The notes beneath the pieces are model-generated. The model ran no database searches, was not told the DNA's origin, and was given only the letters and a program-made list of their open reading frames with translations. Both the position numbers and the translations under genes were made by a program. Below are positions 12,315 through 24,131 of a stretch of 64,000 bases of DNA, piece after piece. The stretch covers positions 75,516,001 to 75,580,000 of the forward strand of contig NC_043002.1 of NCBI RefSeq assembly GCF_006345805.1, read 5' to 3'. The stretch is from Octopus sinensis. Taxonomy: Eukaryota. Position 1 is the first letter of the stretch, and each line of letters opens with the position of its first letter.

Positions 12315-13089
12315 ACAGCAACAGCAACTAGATCTTGGTAGACCTCCATTCGGTCGTTCGAATCGTAGTTTGTTCGGTATTCCCACAAAGCTGTGCGCTT
12401 GTACGGGCGCACACGAAATTAGGGGCGGGGGCGGGAACCCCCCCCCCCAAAAAACAAGGAAATGTACGAACGTATGTTTTTGATTTAATTTTCTTCCCAA
12501 GCTGAAATCAGATTTTAATTTTTTCTAATTTGAAGAAATTTGAGCGATAGTTATTCGCGTGAACGTGCACTTACTTTGCTAAAAAGAACAAAATTTTGGT
12601 CGCAATACAAATTTCTGTGTCAAAAAAAAAAAACAGAAAAAAAAAACAGAGGGAGTTCCTGGAATCACACCCTACTGTCTTTAAAACAATCGGTCGAAAT
12701 AGTTGTAAAGTATTGATGGTATTTGGAATATTACAAAATAAACTGATGGCTGGAGTAGCTAAAAAGGTTTGAGATGTTTTGGAAATCTGTTTATGGTAAA
12801 ATTGGACTAACTTTAATTTTCATTCCACCATGGGACTATTAAATATAAGCATTAGTAATACACAGTATGGTATGAATAAAACTCTGTCTTTTTTTTTTAA
12901 CAAAATAAAACAAAAAAGAAAAAATGCTTGAAAAAATTATATAAATTTATTGTTGCGTATAAATGTAGGATTTAAAAGTTGCGTGTATTTTAACTAGAAT
13001 GGTTGACTAACCCGTCAGGCGAAACTTCAAGTGCTACTCAAATAACAAATTTGACTCGGGCCCTAGTATTTAGTCCTACTACCCTTCCG

Positions 13090-13290
13090 CTCTAAGCGCA
13101 TGGCTTAGTATCAGGGTTAGGATCGTTAGATTGTGGTTTCGATTCCTGCACCGGGCGATGCGTTCTTGAACAAAACACTTCATTTTGCGTTATTCCGGTC
13201 CACTCAGCTGGTAAAAAAAATGAGATAACCCTGCGACTGACCAGCGTCCCGTCCAGGTGGAGAATTTAAACGCCATGGAATCTGAGAAAT
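13090..13290 (+). mobile_element. tRNA-headed SINE with a V-domain-like core
   Basis: B box GGTTTCGATTCC, then CCCTGCGACTGACCAGCGTCCCGTCCAGG, resembling the V-SINE/DANA core; degenerate relative at ~9430-9550. Confidence 0.45.
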
Positions 13291-13299
13291 TATGAGTCG

Positions 13300-13495
13300 G
13301 TACGACTCTTTAAAATAACCCTTTCTACCATAGGCACAAGGCCTGGAATTAGTGGGAGGGATCAAATCGATTACATCAGGGAGGAGAGACAAAGTTGGCT
13401 TCAGTAATATTTGAACTCAGTACGTGAGGAACCGGAAGAAATGCCAGTAAGCATTTTGTCCAGCGTAATAACGATTCTGCCAAGCTCGCCTTAAC
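13300..13495 (-). mobile_element. SINE family B (diverged)
   Basis: CCTTTCTACCATAGGCACAAGGCC..TTTGAACTCAG..AACGATTCTGCCAAGCTCGCC. Confidence 0.7.
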
Positions 13496-13846
13496 ACGAG
13501 AAATTGAATAGAATTTACATCGAATTTGTCTATACATCGTAGAGATGGATTTAATTAACTATTGTAGCCTTAAAGTGTGTGTCCTTGAGGCAAGAAAAGA
13601 AATCAATGTTATTGACCCTCAAGTTATAAGGACTGTTGCTTCTAGAACCTTCGATCTGTTCATTCGCCTGCTGCTTGTTTCAGAACAGCTTTGATCGTGC
13701 AGACCTGTGATCGAAGGTGTTTCAGCTGAGATCATCCTGTCATTTGACCAGTCAAGGTATTTAGACCACTACATTTAGTTGGCAATTATAATTTACGATT
13801 CCGTACTGCTACTGTTTACTTCTAGCTCAGAGATTTAATATTGTTT

Positions 13847-14112
13847 GTACGTACGTACGTACGTACGTACGTACGTACGTACGTACGTACGTACGTAGTA
13901 TTATGTATGTATGTATGTATGTATGTATGTATGTATGTATGTATGTAGTTGTATGTATGTATGTATGTATGTATGTATGTATGTATGTATGTATGTATGT
14001 ATGTATGTACGTACGTATGTACGTACGTATCTATCTTTCTAGGTATGTATGTATGTATGTATGTATCTGTCTGCTTGTCTGTCTACCGACTTTTCTATGT
14101 ATGTATGTATGA
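13847..14112. repeat. (GTAC)n palindromic microsatellite followed by (TATG)n
   Basis: (GTAC) about 12.75 units at 13847-13897, then a TATG array with interspersed TACG units. Confidence 0.95.
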
Positions 14113-14189
14113 CACTGATTTTCTAAACACTTATGACCCGGAATCTCTTATAATCCATAATATGTTTACGCTAATGTTCAGGTACCTGT

Positions 14190-14385
14190 GGTGAGCTGGC
14201 AGAGTCGTTAGTACGCCAGGCAAAATGCTTAGCGGCGTTTCGTCCGTTGTTACGTTCTTAGTTAAAATTCCACCGAGGTCGACTTTGCCTTTCATCCTTT
14301 CGGAGCCGATTACTGGGAATGTGTGCAATCAACTTAGCCCATCCCCAAAGTTTCTGGTCTTGTGCCTATAGTAGAAAGGATTATT
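14190..14385 (+). mobile_element. SINE family B
   Basis: GTGAGCTGGCAGAGTCGTTAGTACGCCAGG..GAGGTCGACTTTGCC. Confidence 0.85.
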
Positions 14386-14447
14386 AAAGTAAATTCAATA
14401 TTTGTTTGATTTAGAGTATGTTGGCCAAAGTGAATACTCCTGGTTCA

Positions 14448-14523
14448 GGGGCGGGAGGGCAGTCGTCCGGATAAGCTTTGGAAACAAAGTTTCCGAAGGA
14501 TCGCTGTTGCACCTATATATAAA
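14448..14523 (+). promoter_or_regulatory. Possible core promoter (GC box plus TATA box)
   Basis: GGGGCGGG at 14448-14455; TATATATAAA at 14514-14523 in CpG-rich unique sequence. Confidence 0.25.
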
Positions 14524-14996
14524 CCCGGTTGTCTATGAGCTAATGGAGATTTGACTGCCGTTTTTAATAACTGAATTAACCACGACGCTCCTTCGTTTTC
14601 TCTTCTCCGTCGCTTTGTCCAAATCTTGTTTTCTCTTTTACTCCTTTAGCTCTTCTCTGCTCCACTGTTCTCTCTCTCTTCAAGTAGTTAGACTGCAATT
14701 CGTAGTAACTCTTCCCACAAGAGGTTTCGCCAGTTTGGATGTATTTTAAAAAAATATTATTTATGTATTTTTCTTTTCTCGATAAGAAGGAGTTGAGAGG
14801 GAATTTTTTTTTTAATGGATTTCTGGTTTATTTCATATTACTATTATTTTATTTTGTTCATTATTTTATGTGTGTGAAACACATTAAAACAGCTTCAATT
14901 AGGGCTTGTTAAATGACATCAATCAATAGTTAACTTTGAAATAGCCTTTCGTAGGAACTGGTCCATCCATACTCTTTCGCCCAACCAGAGGACCTT

Positions 14997-15033
<37 letters not shown>

Positions 15034-15347
15034 TGGAAAACACTTGTGACTGTGGTTGTTGTTGCTGTGGTTGTAATGTTGCTGCTACAGTTGTTGTCAT
15101 TGGTAATTTGGTGTGTCCTTGTTGTCGCTGTTGCTGCTGTTAATTACCCATGCAAATGAATGCTTTTTATACTCGGTGAAATGTCTCAAAAATTATTCTT
15201 TTATTAATTATCGAGAATCTAATCCTGGTTTATTGACTTGTTTTCAATTTCCACTTGAAAGCCTTTCCCATCACCCCCCACCCCCACCACGCTCCCCACC
15301 GTCTCTCTCGCTCTCACACACACACTTGCATATATGTCTCCAATGTC

Positions 15348-15387
<40 letters not shown>

Positions 15388-15734
15388 CACGTAATTTCAC
15401 ATTCGTTTCTCATAAATCTGTTGTGACAATTCAATTTCAGAAATCATCGTCGTTTGTTGTTAAATTTCTTTCTTGATCAGCCAGGTTCAGCAGGCGTACA
15501 TACTGTCAACTGTGTTCCAGATATGACCATCATGTCTTTTATTCAGAGGTAGCGTTAAGAGAAATCCGACATGCAATATCTCTTTTCTTTTTTCTGTTTT
15601 TAATATAATACCACAGGGTATGTAACAGAATGGGGTATGTTTTACGTGATATTTGACTGGTATTTCTAGTAGCTCATGCGCCCAAATTGAAGTTTCTTCA
15701 TTGGTAGACTTAGTGGTACAATTGGTTCGGTTGA

Positions 15735-15932
15735 TGTAGAGCTAGCAGAATCGTTACCACATCGGAAAATGCTTGGTGGCATTTTTTCTGGCTTATGCTC
15801 TAGGTTCAATTACCACTGAAATCGACTTGGCCTTACAACCTTTCGGGGTCGATTAAAATAATTACCAGTTGAGCACAGAAGGATAATGTCATCTACTTAT
15901 CCCCATGAAATTTTTGGTCTTGTACCAAAATT

Positions 15933-15985
<53 letters not shown>

Positions 15986-16365
15986 CAGCGAGCTGGCAGA
16001 AACGTTAGCACACCGGGCGAAATGCTTAGCGGTATTTCGTCTGCCGCTACGTTCTGAGTTCAAATTCCACCGAGGTCGACTTTGCCTTTCATCCTTTCGG
16101 GGTCGATTAAATAAGTTACGCACAGGGGGTCGACATAATCGACTTAATCTTGTTTGTCCTCTCTGTGTTTAGCCTCTTGTGGGTAGTAAAGAAATAGGTA
16201 TTTCGTCTGCTGCTACTTTCTGAGTTCAAATTCCGCCAAAGTAGCCTTTGCCTGTCATCCTTTCCAGGTCGATAAATTAAGTACCAGTGGAACGCTGGGG
16301 TCGATATAACCGTCTGCTCCCCCTGCCCCAATTTCAGACCTTGTTCCTTTAGTAGAAAGGATTAT
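15735..16365 (+). mobile_element. Tandem SINE family B copies separated by (AAT)n
   Basis: Copies at ~15735-15935 and ~15985-16365; the second is nearly CpG-intact. Confidence 0.85.
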
Positions 16366-16373
16366 TAGTGTTA

Positions 16374-16422
<49 letters not shown>

Positions 16423-16552
16423 AAAAACAGGAACAGTCCACCCGACAGACTTCCACGCAATTTCTCTTGGCTCAATTTCAGTTTCACTGAGAAGGCTTCG
16501 GTTGACACAAGGTTTATGACTGAAGACCCTGACCCATTGTGTCGCGTGGGAA

Positions 16553-16588
<36 letters not shown>

Positions 16589-18007
16589 CTGGTGAGATAA
16601 CAACAAGAGGACCCGAAACCAACAGGATTGCGAAACGTACTTGACATCCACATTAACAATGGCTGTAGCTTTTGAAATATTTCTGGGATTCAAAACTGAC
16701 GAAACAAATTTAAACCTGGTCTGTTTACTTGTATCCAACCTAATCCACTCTTGGTGGATTAGGAAGGTGGTGGTGATGGTGGTGTTGGTAGTAGTTGTAG
16801 TGGCGTCTAACTTCGACTCGCTCATGGCTGACGGAATGGCAGGCACACCAGTACTTCCTGGTATTTATTTTACTGGATCTCCATTTTGGATGACAGAAAA
16901 GTAGCCCTGGCTGGAATTGAACACAGAATGGGCTAGGACGGAACTAACCATTACAGGACAATATGCCCATCCATTATCCCTTCTGTATCATTGTTGCTTT
17001 TGTGGTGGTGGTGATGATGATGATGATGTTAATGGTGATGTTCTTTTCTTGGCTAAACACCAGAGGGGTGGGGTATGCTTTATAACTCTTTGAATTGGAA
17101 TGTGGAGGTATTTTGCGATGGACTAGTGTATCGTCCAGTGGGAGAACAAGGGTTTGTTTCGCATCAACTGTTACTCTACAGACACTAAGAATTATAAATA
17201 GCATTGAGGGGGTGTGGAAGGAAGACTCCAGAATTTGAACTCCTGTACCCTGGAGTACCAAACTACATATCACAATGAAGTTCCAATTTAGGGGCCCACG
17301 GTCACTAATTTTAGGGAGTAGTCTTCGGCACACAATCGATTAAATTGCCTGTTATCTTAATTTTTAACCAACCAGCTCCAGTGGGGCTTTGAACTTAGGC
17401 CGGTTGGTAAAGTAGCGCACCTGAAATGTATACCACAAGACATTTTGTCAGGCACTCTACCGACTTAGTCATTTCCAATCCGATTGTTGTCGCTGTCTCA
17501 AGAGTTCTACTGATTATCTTTAAGACGCGTATCATAACAGCTCTCTCTATCGTCTCTGCTATCTTGAAATGTCCATTGATATTGTATAAGGGAGAGAGAG
17601 AGAGAGTGAGAGACGAGCAGTTGACTGAGCTGTATTATTATAATCAATGCCAGCGTGCTGGTGATTTAGTGTGAGAATAAGACCAGCTTTATAATAGCGT
17701 GAGAATAAAATCATTTTAATTGCTTAGTCATTTGTTAGAAGGGGGAACCAAGTCATTCCTTGTCTGTTTGTCTTTATGCATGTGTGTGTATGCATAAGGA
17801 TAGATAGAGAGAAAGACAGGGAGAGAGTGGTGGTGGTGAGAGACAGAAGTGTTTCGTTTCTCTCCCTCTTCGTCACCGACTCAAGCTGAACGACCCGGTT
17901 GTTTGAACGAAGAGGTGGTGACTGTTTTTTGTCTGGTAATAAATAAGTGCTGTCGATGGCGACGGAGGTGGCGATGTTGTTTGACCGTATTGTCGATCAG
18001 GTTGCTG

Positions 18008-18040
18008 ATGGCGGCGGCGGCGGTGATGACGGAGTTGTTG

Positions 18041-18072
<32 letters not shown>

Positions 18073-18080
18073 GGGAATAG
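18008..18080 (+). CDS. Candidate first coding exon encoding a signal peptide (phase-1 intron follows); alternative frame from ATG 17956
   Basis: MAAAAVMTELLLLLLLLVVVVVGI+G ends at strong donor ATAG|GTAAGA (18080/18081). The frame from 17956 (MATEVAMLFDRIVDQVAD..., phase 2) is also open to the same donor. The hydrophobic run derives from (TTG)/(GTG) repeats, so chance is possible. Confidence 0.4.
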
Positions 18081-18236
18081 GTAAGATCAAGTCAGTAACT
18101 TTTACGGTCTGTGGGAGGTGAAGGATGTCCTCGAGTTTTTTGGTTGCGGAAAGAAAGGTGGGGTTGCGGTGGTGAGAAAACTTCTCTTGACACGAATCGG
18201 TCAATGGAAATGTTTACATAAAAATATTTGTTGTTT

Positions 18237-18271
<35 letters not shown>

Positions 18272-18837
18272 TGTGACGGTGGTAGTGGCGGTGAGGCTGA
18301 GGAGAGAAAGATACATAGATAAACAAAGAGTTGGTGGTGGTGGTGGTGGGGAGGAGGGTGTAGCGGTGAATGTAATTAGAGAAAGGTACGGTACAGAGAT
18401 ATGTAGAGATAAGACACAGAAGAAAGTGGTGGTGGTGGTGGTGGCGAAAGAAGAGTCAAACGGGTAAAAGAGGAGGGTGTTGACGGTGGTGTAAGGTGAA
18501 AGAGTAAACATGGTTGGAAATTCGATAGGCCCACCCCTACCACCACCTATTCCTCCGTCTACCTATGTCGCTCCTGTCACCCCTCCACCCCAATCTTCCC
18601 CCTCCTTCTCCTGCGCACCGCCGTCTCAGTCGTCGTCGTTGTCGCCCTTGGCTACTTGAGGCATCGGATTGACAATGCATCACAGTCAACAACAACAGCA
18701 ACATTAAAAACACACCTATGTTATTTTAAATACTTTGTGCGCTCTGTCTAAACTTCTTCCACCCCCGCTTCCCCGCCAACCCCTGGCTTCTTACGTATAT
18801 ACATACGTACGTACGCAGGTACGTGCAACGTATGTAC

Positions 18838-19235
18838 AGGTGCAGTAGGAAGCTTGCTCTCCCAACCACATGGTTCCAGGTTCTGTCCCATTGCGTGGCA
18901 CCTTGGGCTATAGAAGTGTCTTCTATAGCCTCGGGCCGACCGAAGTCCTGTGAGTGTGTGTGTGTTTGTAGGTGTCTTTGTGACTGTTTGTCCCTCCATC
19001 ACCGCTGACAACCAATGTTGGTTTGTTTACGTCCCTGTAACTTAGTGGTTCGGCAAAAGTGTCCGAAAGCATAAGTCCTAAGCTTTAAAAAAAAAAGTCC
19101 TGGGTGGGGTGGGGGTCGATTTGTTTGACTAATATACTCTTCTAGGCGGTGCCCCAGCATGGCCGCAGTCAAATGTCTGAAACAAAGTAAAAGAATAAAA
19201 ATTAAAAAAATGTATGAAACAAAGTAAAAGAATAA
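18838..19235 (+). mobile_element. SINE family A
   Basis: CCAACCACATGGTTCCAGGTTC..GGGCCGACC..CAGCATGGCCGCAGTCAAATG..AAACAAAGTAAAAG. Confidence 0.85.
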
Positions 19236-19750
19236 AAATAAAAAAAAAGCAAGTGTAGGGTTAACTGTAATAATAAAGGGTAGTGTCGGGTACATGTCAT
19301 GTAAGGCAACGGAATCTGTGTGACGTGGGTGTGTAGGTGTTACCGACCACATTTCCGAGTGGCTTACAATACATACATAAGAGAGGGCACTGCTTTAACA
19401 AAACACTGGATTACGGTGACAGTGGCTAAGTTGTGTGTGTGTATGTGGTGGTGGAAGTTAAGACATCATCATCATCATTACCACCATTATCATCATCATT
19501 ATCCTTATTACCTGCTTGAAGCATCACATGAAAATTTAGTGCTTTATTTAAGGTCCCAGGCCCTCTCCCTCACTCACTCACTTGCTCACCCACACTGAAT
19601 GTTCACGTACACACACACACACACACATGCATGAACGATAGCGCACACACATACATTACCTTAAGTAGGTGAGTGGTCACACACATATTGTGTATAGTTA
19701 CACACCTGTCTTCGACACACAAGTTATGCTAACACTCCCACATACATATT

Positions 19751-19782
<32 letters not shown>

Positions 19783-20324
19783 CATATACACACACTTGTT
19801 CAAAACAATCACACATCACCTATACATATCATATCCGCACACACACACACAGCTCCTAACACACACGCATACACACAGCTCCTAACACACACACAGATCC
19901 ATTGCTGTCATGAAATATCTGGTGTTTCCTGTTGTTGGTTTGCTTTCATTGTGAAAAGTCATTAGTATGTACCGACTGACTTTATAGAAAGATGGCGGGA
20001 GTGCACGGGACGGTGGTCGCCGCCGCCTCCGCCTCCACCACCACCACCACTACCGCTGGCTCCTCCTCTCCGTCGTCGTCGTCGTTCTCTTCTTCTTCTT
20101 CTTCCCACTTCTGTTACCTCCTACCGTTTGCTTGGCTATTTAATTCCTTGCACCACATCACCACTATCACTACTATCGTCAACGCTACCTGTTACCTCCG
20201 CAATTATACTTAAACTGGCCGGTAGTGTCGCCAACAAGTAAAGTAACGTCCTCCCACAATTACCCCCCCCCTATATACACACACACACACACACACATAT
20301 ATATATTATATATATATATATAAT

Positions 20325-20625
20325 TCTTTTACTTGTTTCAGTCATTTGACTGCGACCATGCTGGAGTACCGCCTTTTTTGTCGAGCAAATCGACTCCAGG
20401 ACTTATTCTTTGAAAGCCTAGTACTTATTCTATCGGACTCTATTGCCGAACCGCTGAGTCAAGCGATGTCGGGGGGGAGAAACGTATACATACACACACA
20501 GTTTCCACCCACAAGGCTTTGGTCGGCCCGAGGCTATAGTAGAAGACAAGGTGTCACACAGAGGGACTGAACCCGGAACCATGTGGTTGGTAAGCAAGCT
20601 ACTTACCACACAGCCACTCCTGCGC
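20325..20625 (-). mobile_element. SINE family A, CpG-intact
   Basis: GTCGAGCAAATCGAC..GGTCGGCCCGAGGC..CACAGCCACTCCTGCGCC. Confidence 0.9.
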
Positions 20626-21751
20626 CCGTCACGGCTATTGGGGGCAACTCTCTTCACTCCAACACCATCGTTGAAGTGTTTTGTTAGAGCCGTCCACACC
20701 ACCACAACTGCCAACACCACCTTCAACAACAGACAGTAATCCCGCTCATACACCAGCTACGCTGCAACCGCCTATGACCACCACCACCAAACAAAACAAT
20801 ATCAGCAGACACCTCTCCATAGCCATCATCACAATGGCCCCTTTACAAGCACTTACATGCAAACCACCTTGAATAACATCATTATCATCATATAATCGCC
20901 ATCGCTGTTCTCGTCGACGACATTTTTTCGGGGTATCTTAGCAGCTAACACCCGCTAAGTTCTGGATGTGCTTCCTTTTCTCAAAGGCCTTTTATCTCTC
21001 CCCTTCACTCCCCCCTCCTGTCTCTCTCTCTAACACATACACACATATTCCCTATCTCCTCTCATTCATCATATGCCGCCATCAACCCCTCGTTGTTCGG
21101 GTCTCTCTCCAAACCCTATCATTGGCACAGCAACATGATAGCTCCGCTAAGTGGCGGCAAAGCCATTAACACACTGCGAGACACACTCACACACAAGCAA
21201 TATTACTGGCCAAGCTTTGCAAATGCGTTTTAACCCAAGACAAACATGCACTCTTCACACGATCCAAGGCCTGATTTTTTCTCCATTCATACAAAAAACG
21301 CCCCTTCCTGTAACATCGTTGCTTACAACCAACCAGCCCCCCTCCACCGTTCAGATGAAGAAGATATATATATATATAAGCAATGACACACAGGAAGAGA
21401 GAGAGAGAGAGAGGGGGTGGAGGGAATTGAGTTAAGAGGAGGGTAAATAGAGAAATTGTTATGTCGAAGGAATGAAGGAGATGACGAGAAGGAAGTTGTT
21501 GGCGGAAGATGGGTAGAAGACGAAGAATAAATTGCAAATGGAGAAAATAAATAGCTAAAAACAGTGTGTGTACACATATACACACACATACACACGAGTA
21601 GGGGAGAGAAGGGCCGAGAAGAAACATGATGGTAAATGAGAAGGGATTTGATAGAGCTAAGTGAAGAAAATGGTGAATGATTGAGAAGAGGGACGGACAT
21701 ATATATATGTATATATATGTATATATATGTATATGTATATGTATATATATA

Positions 21752-21796
<45 letters not shown>

Positions 21797-21797
<1 letters not shown>

Positions 21798-22505
21798 CAC
21801 ACATATAATATATATATAGTATATAGTGAGAGAGAGAGAGAGAGAAGCAAATAGAGCGATAGATTTGTTTGCAAAGGAATTGAGGAAAGGGATATCAGTA
21901 ATGAGAGAGGTGAGAGAATACTTGAAAAATTAGCTATATGTATGTATGTATGTATGTATGTATACATACATACACACACGTTCGCAAGTGAGAGAGAGAA
22001 AGAAAGAGAAGAGGCGTGTCAGAGCGTGTGTATGTATTGAAGGGGTGGTGAGGTCGATGAACGGAATAATAATAAGAGAAACGGAGATAACGGCGATGAC
22101 CGTTTGTCTCTGAATTGAGTAAATAAATATAAATAAAAAAAAGAAAAACACACACATATATATATATATAGTATATAGTGAGAGAGAGAGAGAGAGAAGC
22201 AAATAGAGCGATAGATTTGTTGGCAAAGGAATTGAGGAAAGGGAATATCAGTAATGAGAGAGTGAGAGGAATACTTGAAAAATTAGCTATATGTATGTAT
22301 GTATGTATGTATACATACACACACGTTCGCAAGTGAGAGAGAGAAAGAAAGAGAGGCAGTGTCAGAGCGTGTGTATGTATTGAAGGGGTGGTGAGGTCGA
22401 TGAACGGAATAATAATAAGAGAAACGGAGATAACGGCGATGACGTTGGTGTCTCTGAATTGAGTAAATAAATATAAATAATAAAAAGAAAAACACACACA
22501 TATAT
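21797..22505. repeat. Two-copy tandem duplication, period about 352 bp
   Basis: GTATATAGTGAGAG at 21819 and 22171; copies differ mostly by 1-2-nt indels. Confidence 0.9.
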
Positions 22506-22506
22506 A

Positions 22507-22544
<38 letters not shown>

Positions 22545-23161
22545 AGTCATTGAATATAAAAAAAAGAAAAGAAATTAGAGTAATAAATAAATAAATTAAT
22601 AATATGATGGTGATGAGAGGGGAAAAAAACTCGTGGTGGGAGAAGTAAAAATAAAATAAAAAAATGAAATAAAAAATCAGCTGAAGAAAAGAAAAAAATT
22701 TCAAGAAAAAGCAAATATATATATATATATATATGTTATAGAATGAAAAGAAGACCGAAAAAGACATTTAAGGAGAATGATATAAAAAAAATAGGGAGAA
22801 TAAATAAGGGCTACCTTGCTGATAAAGGCGGTGGGGATGTATAAAAAAAGAATTAGGAATATATGTGTTTAGTAGTAGTAGTAGTAGTAGTAGTATAGAG
22901 GAGAATAGGGAGGAGAGAAAAAAATATGAAAAGAGGAAACAGAAAAAAAAAAAAAAAAAAAGGCGAAAAAAATTCCCCTTATTTCTGAATTCTCATTACT
23001 GTCTGGCTAGCTAACCTGGCTTTTTATAATATTACTTACTTATTACTCTCTCTATTTCCCCTCTTTAGCTCTGTCTATATATCTATATCCTTCTTTCTTC
23101 CCTCTCTTTCTTTTCGCTGTTCAAACTACTCTATCCTCCTTGTATAAATGCATGTATGAAC

Positions 23162-23206
<45 letters not shown>

Positions 23207-23837
23207 TGCATGCACATACACGTCTATGTGTGTGTCTCTTCATGTGTGCGCATGTGTACATAACTCTTTATGTATCGCCAATAGATAATATACGAATGTA
23301 TACGGACAGATCTCTGTACACACATGTACACAAACCCTTTCTCTCTCTCTCCTTCTCTGTACACACATGCACATATATATATCTCCATACACAGACAAGA
23401 ACTATATGCATACATATACACACATGTATACTTATGTGTACATAGATATATCTAAACATTATATGTACATACGTACCGCTGTACATACATGTATCGACTA
23501 AGTACACACAGTATGTGTGTGTATGTATATATAGATATACATACACACCTATCATATGTATTATATGTGTGTGTATTGTGAGGAAAGAGAGCTTTAAAGT
23601 GGTAAGTACGTCCCAGTATATGTATAAATATATCTATGTGTGTGGTAATATACATATACACACACACAACATATATCTATATAAAGTGCATGTCTATAAT
23701 GATCCCCGCCCATTCCGCCTATTTTCACTAGCTCGTTTCCTTCTCACCCCCTTTACTCCGTTTATGTTGTAAGGAAAAAAAGCACGTGCTTTTTTAAAAA
23801 TATGCACACTAAGCAGTGGCTAAAGAACTACGACCGA

Positions 23838-23850
23838 CCAATCGCTGACG
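23838..23850 (+). promoter_or_regulatory. CCAAT box plus TGACG half-site
   Basis: GACCAATCG (NF-Y consensus) and TGACG at 23846-23850 in a CpG-dense unique island. Confidence 0.25.
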
Positions 23851-24091
23851 AGCAACGTGCTTTTTCGAGCTGCGCTCTCGGCGTTTCCACGTTTTGTTGT
23901 CGATCTAACTGAACTGTCAATCACTGTCAGATGTGTACGTCTGTATGATACACACACATGTGTAATGTGCATGTATGTGTGTGTATATATATATATATAT
24001 ATATTGTATACACGCACACACATAGTAATGTGTACGTGTGTATTTTCCCCTATTATTACGGTGCATTTTGTCTTGTCCGGTATGGTGGGAT

Positions 24092-24131
<40 letters not shown>

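Noticed and set aside
12570-12617. Minus-strand 40-nt exon next to a poly-T tract with a GTAAGT donor
   Set aside because: Matches of this kind are expected by chance beside A/T runs; it also shows why the other short-exon calls are low confidence.
17881-18204. Minus-strand 107-aa ORF with poly-T/N/A runs
   Set aside because: TTG start just after a stop; it is the antisense of the trinucleotide repeats of the + strand exon candidate.
21072-21233. Frame containing ..NTLRDTLTHKQYYWPS, resembling a retroviral integrase zinc-binding region
   Set aside because: Too short, no flanking His/Cys pattern, no RT or LTR nearby; likely chance.
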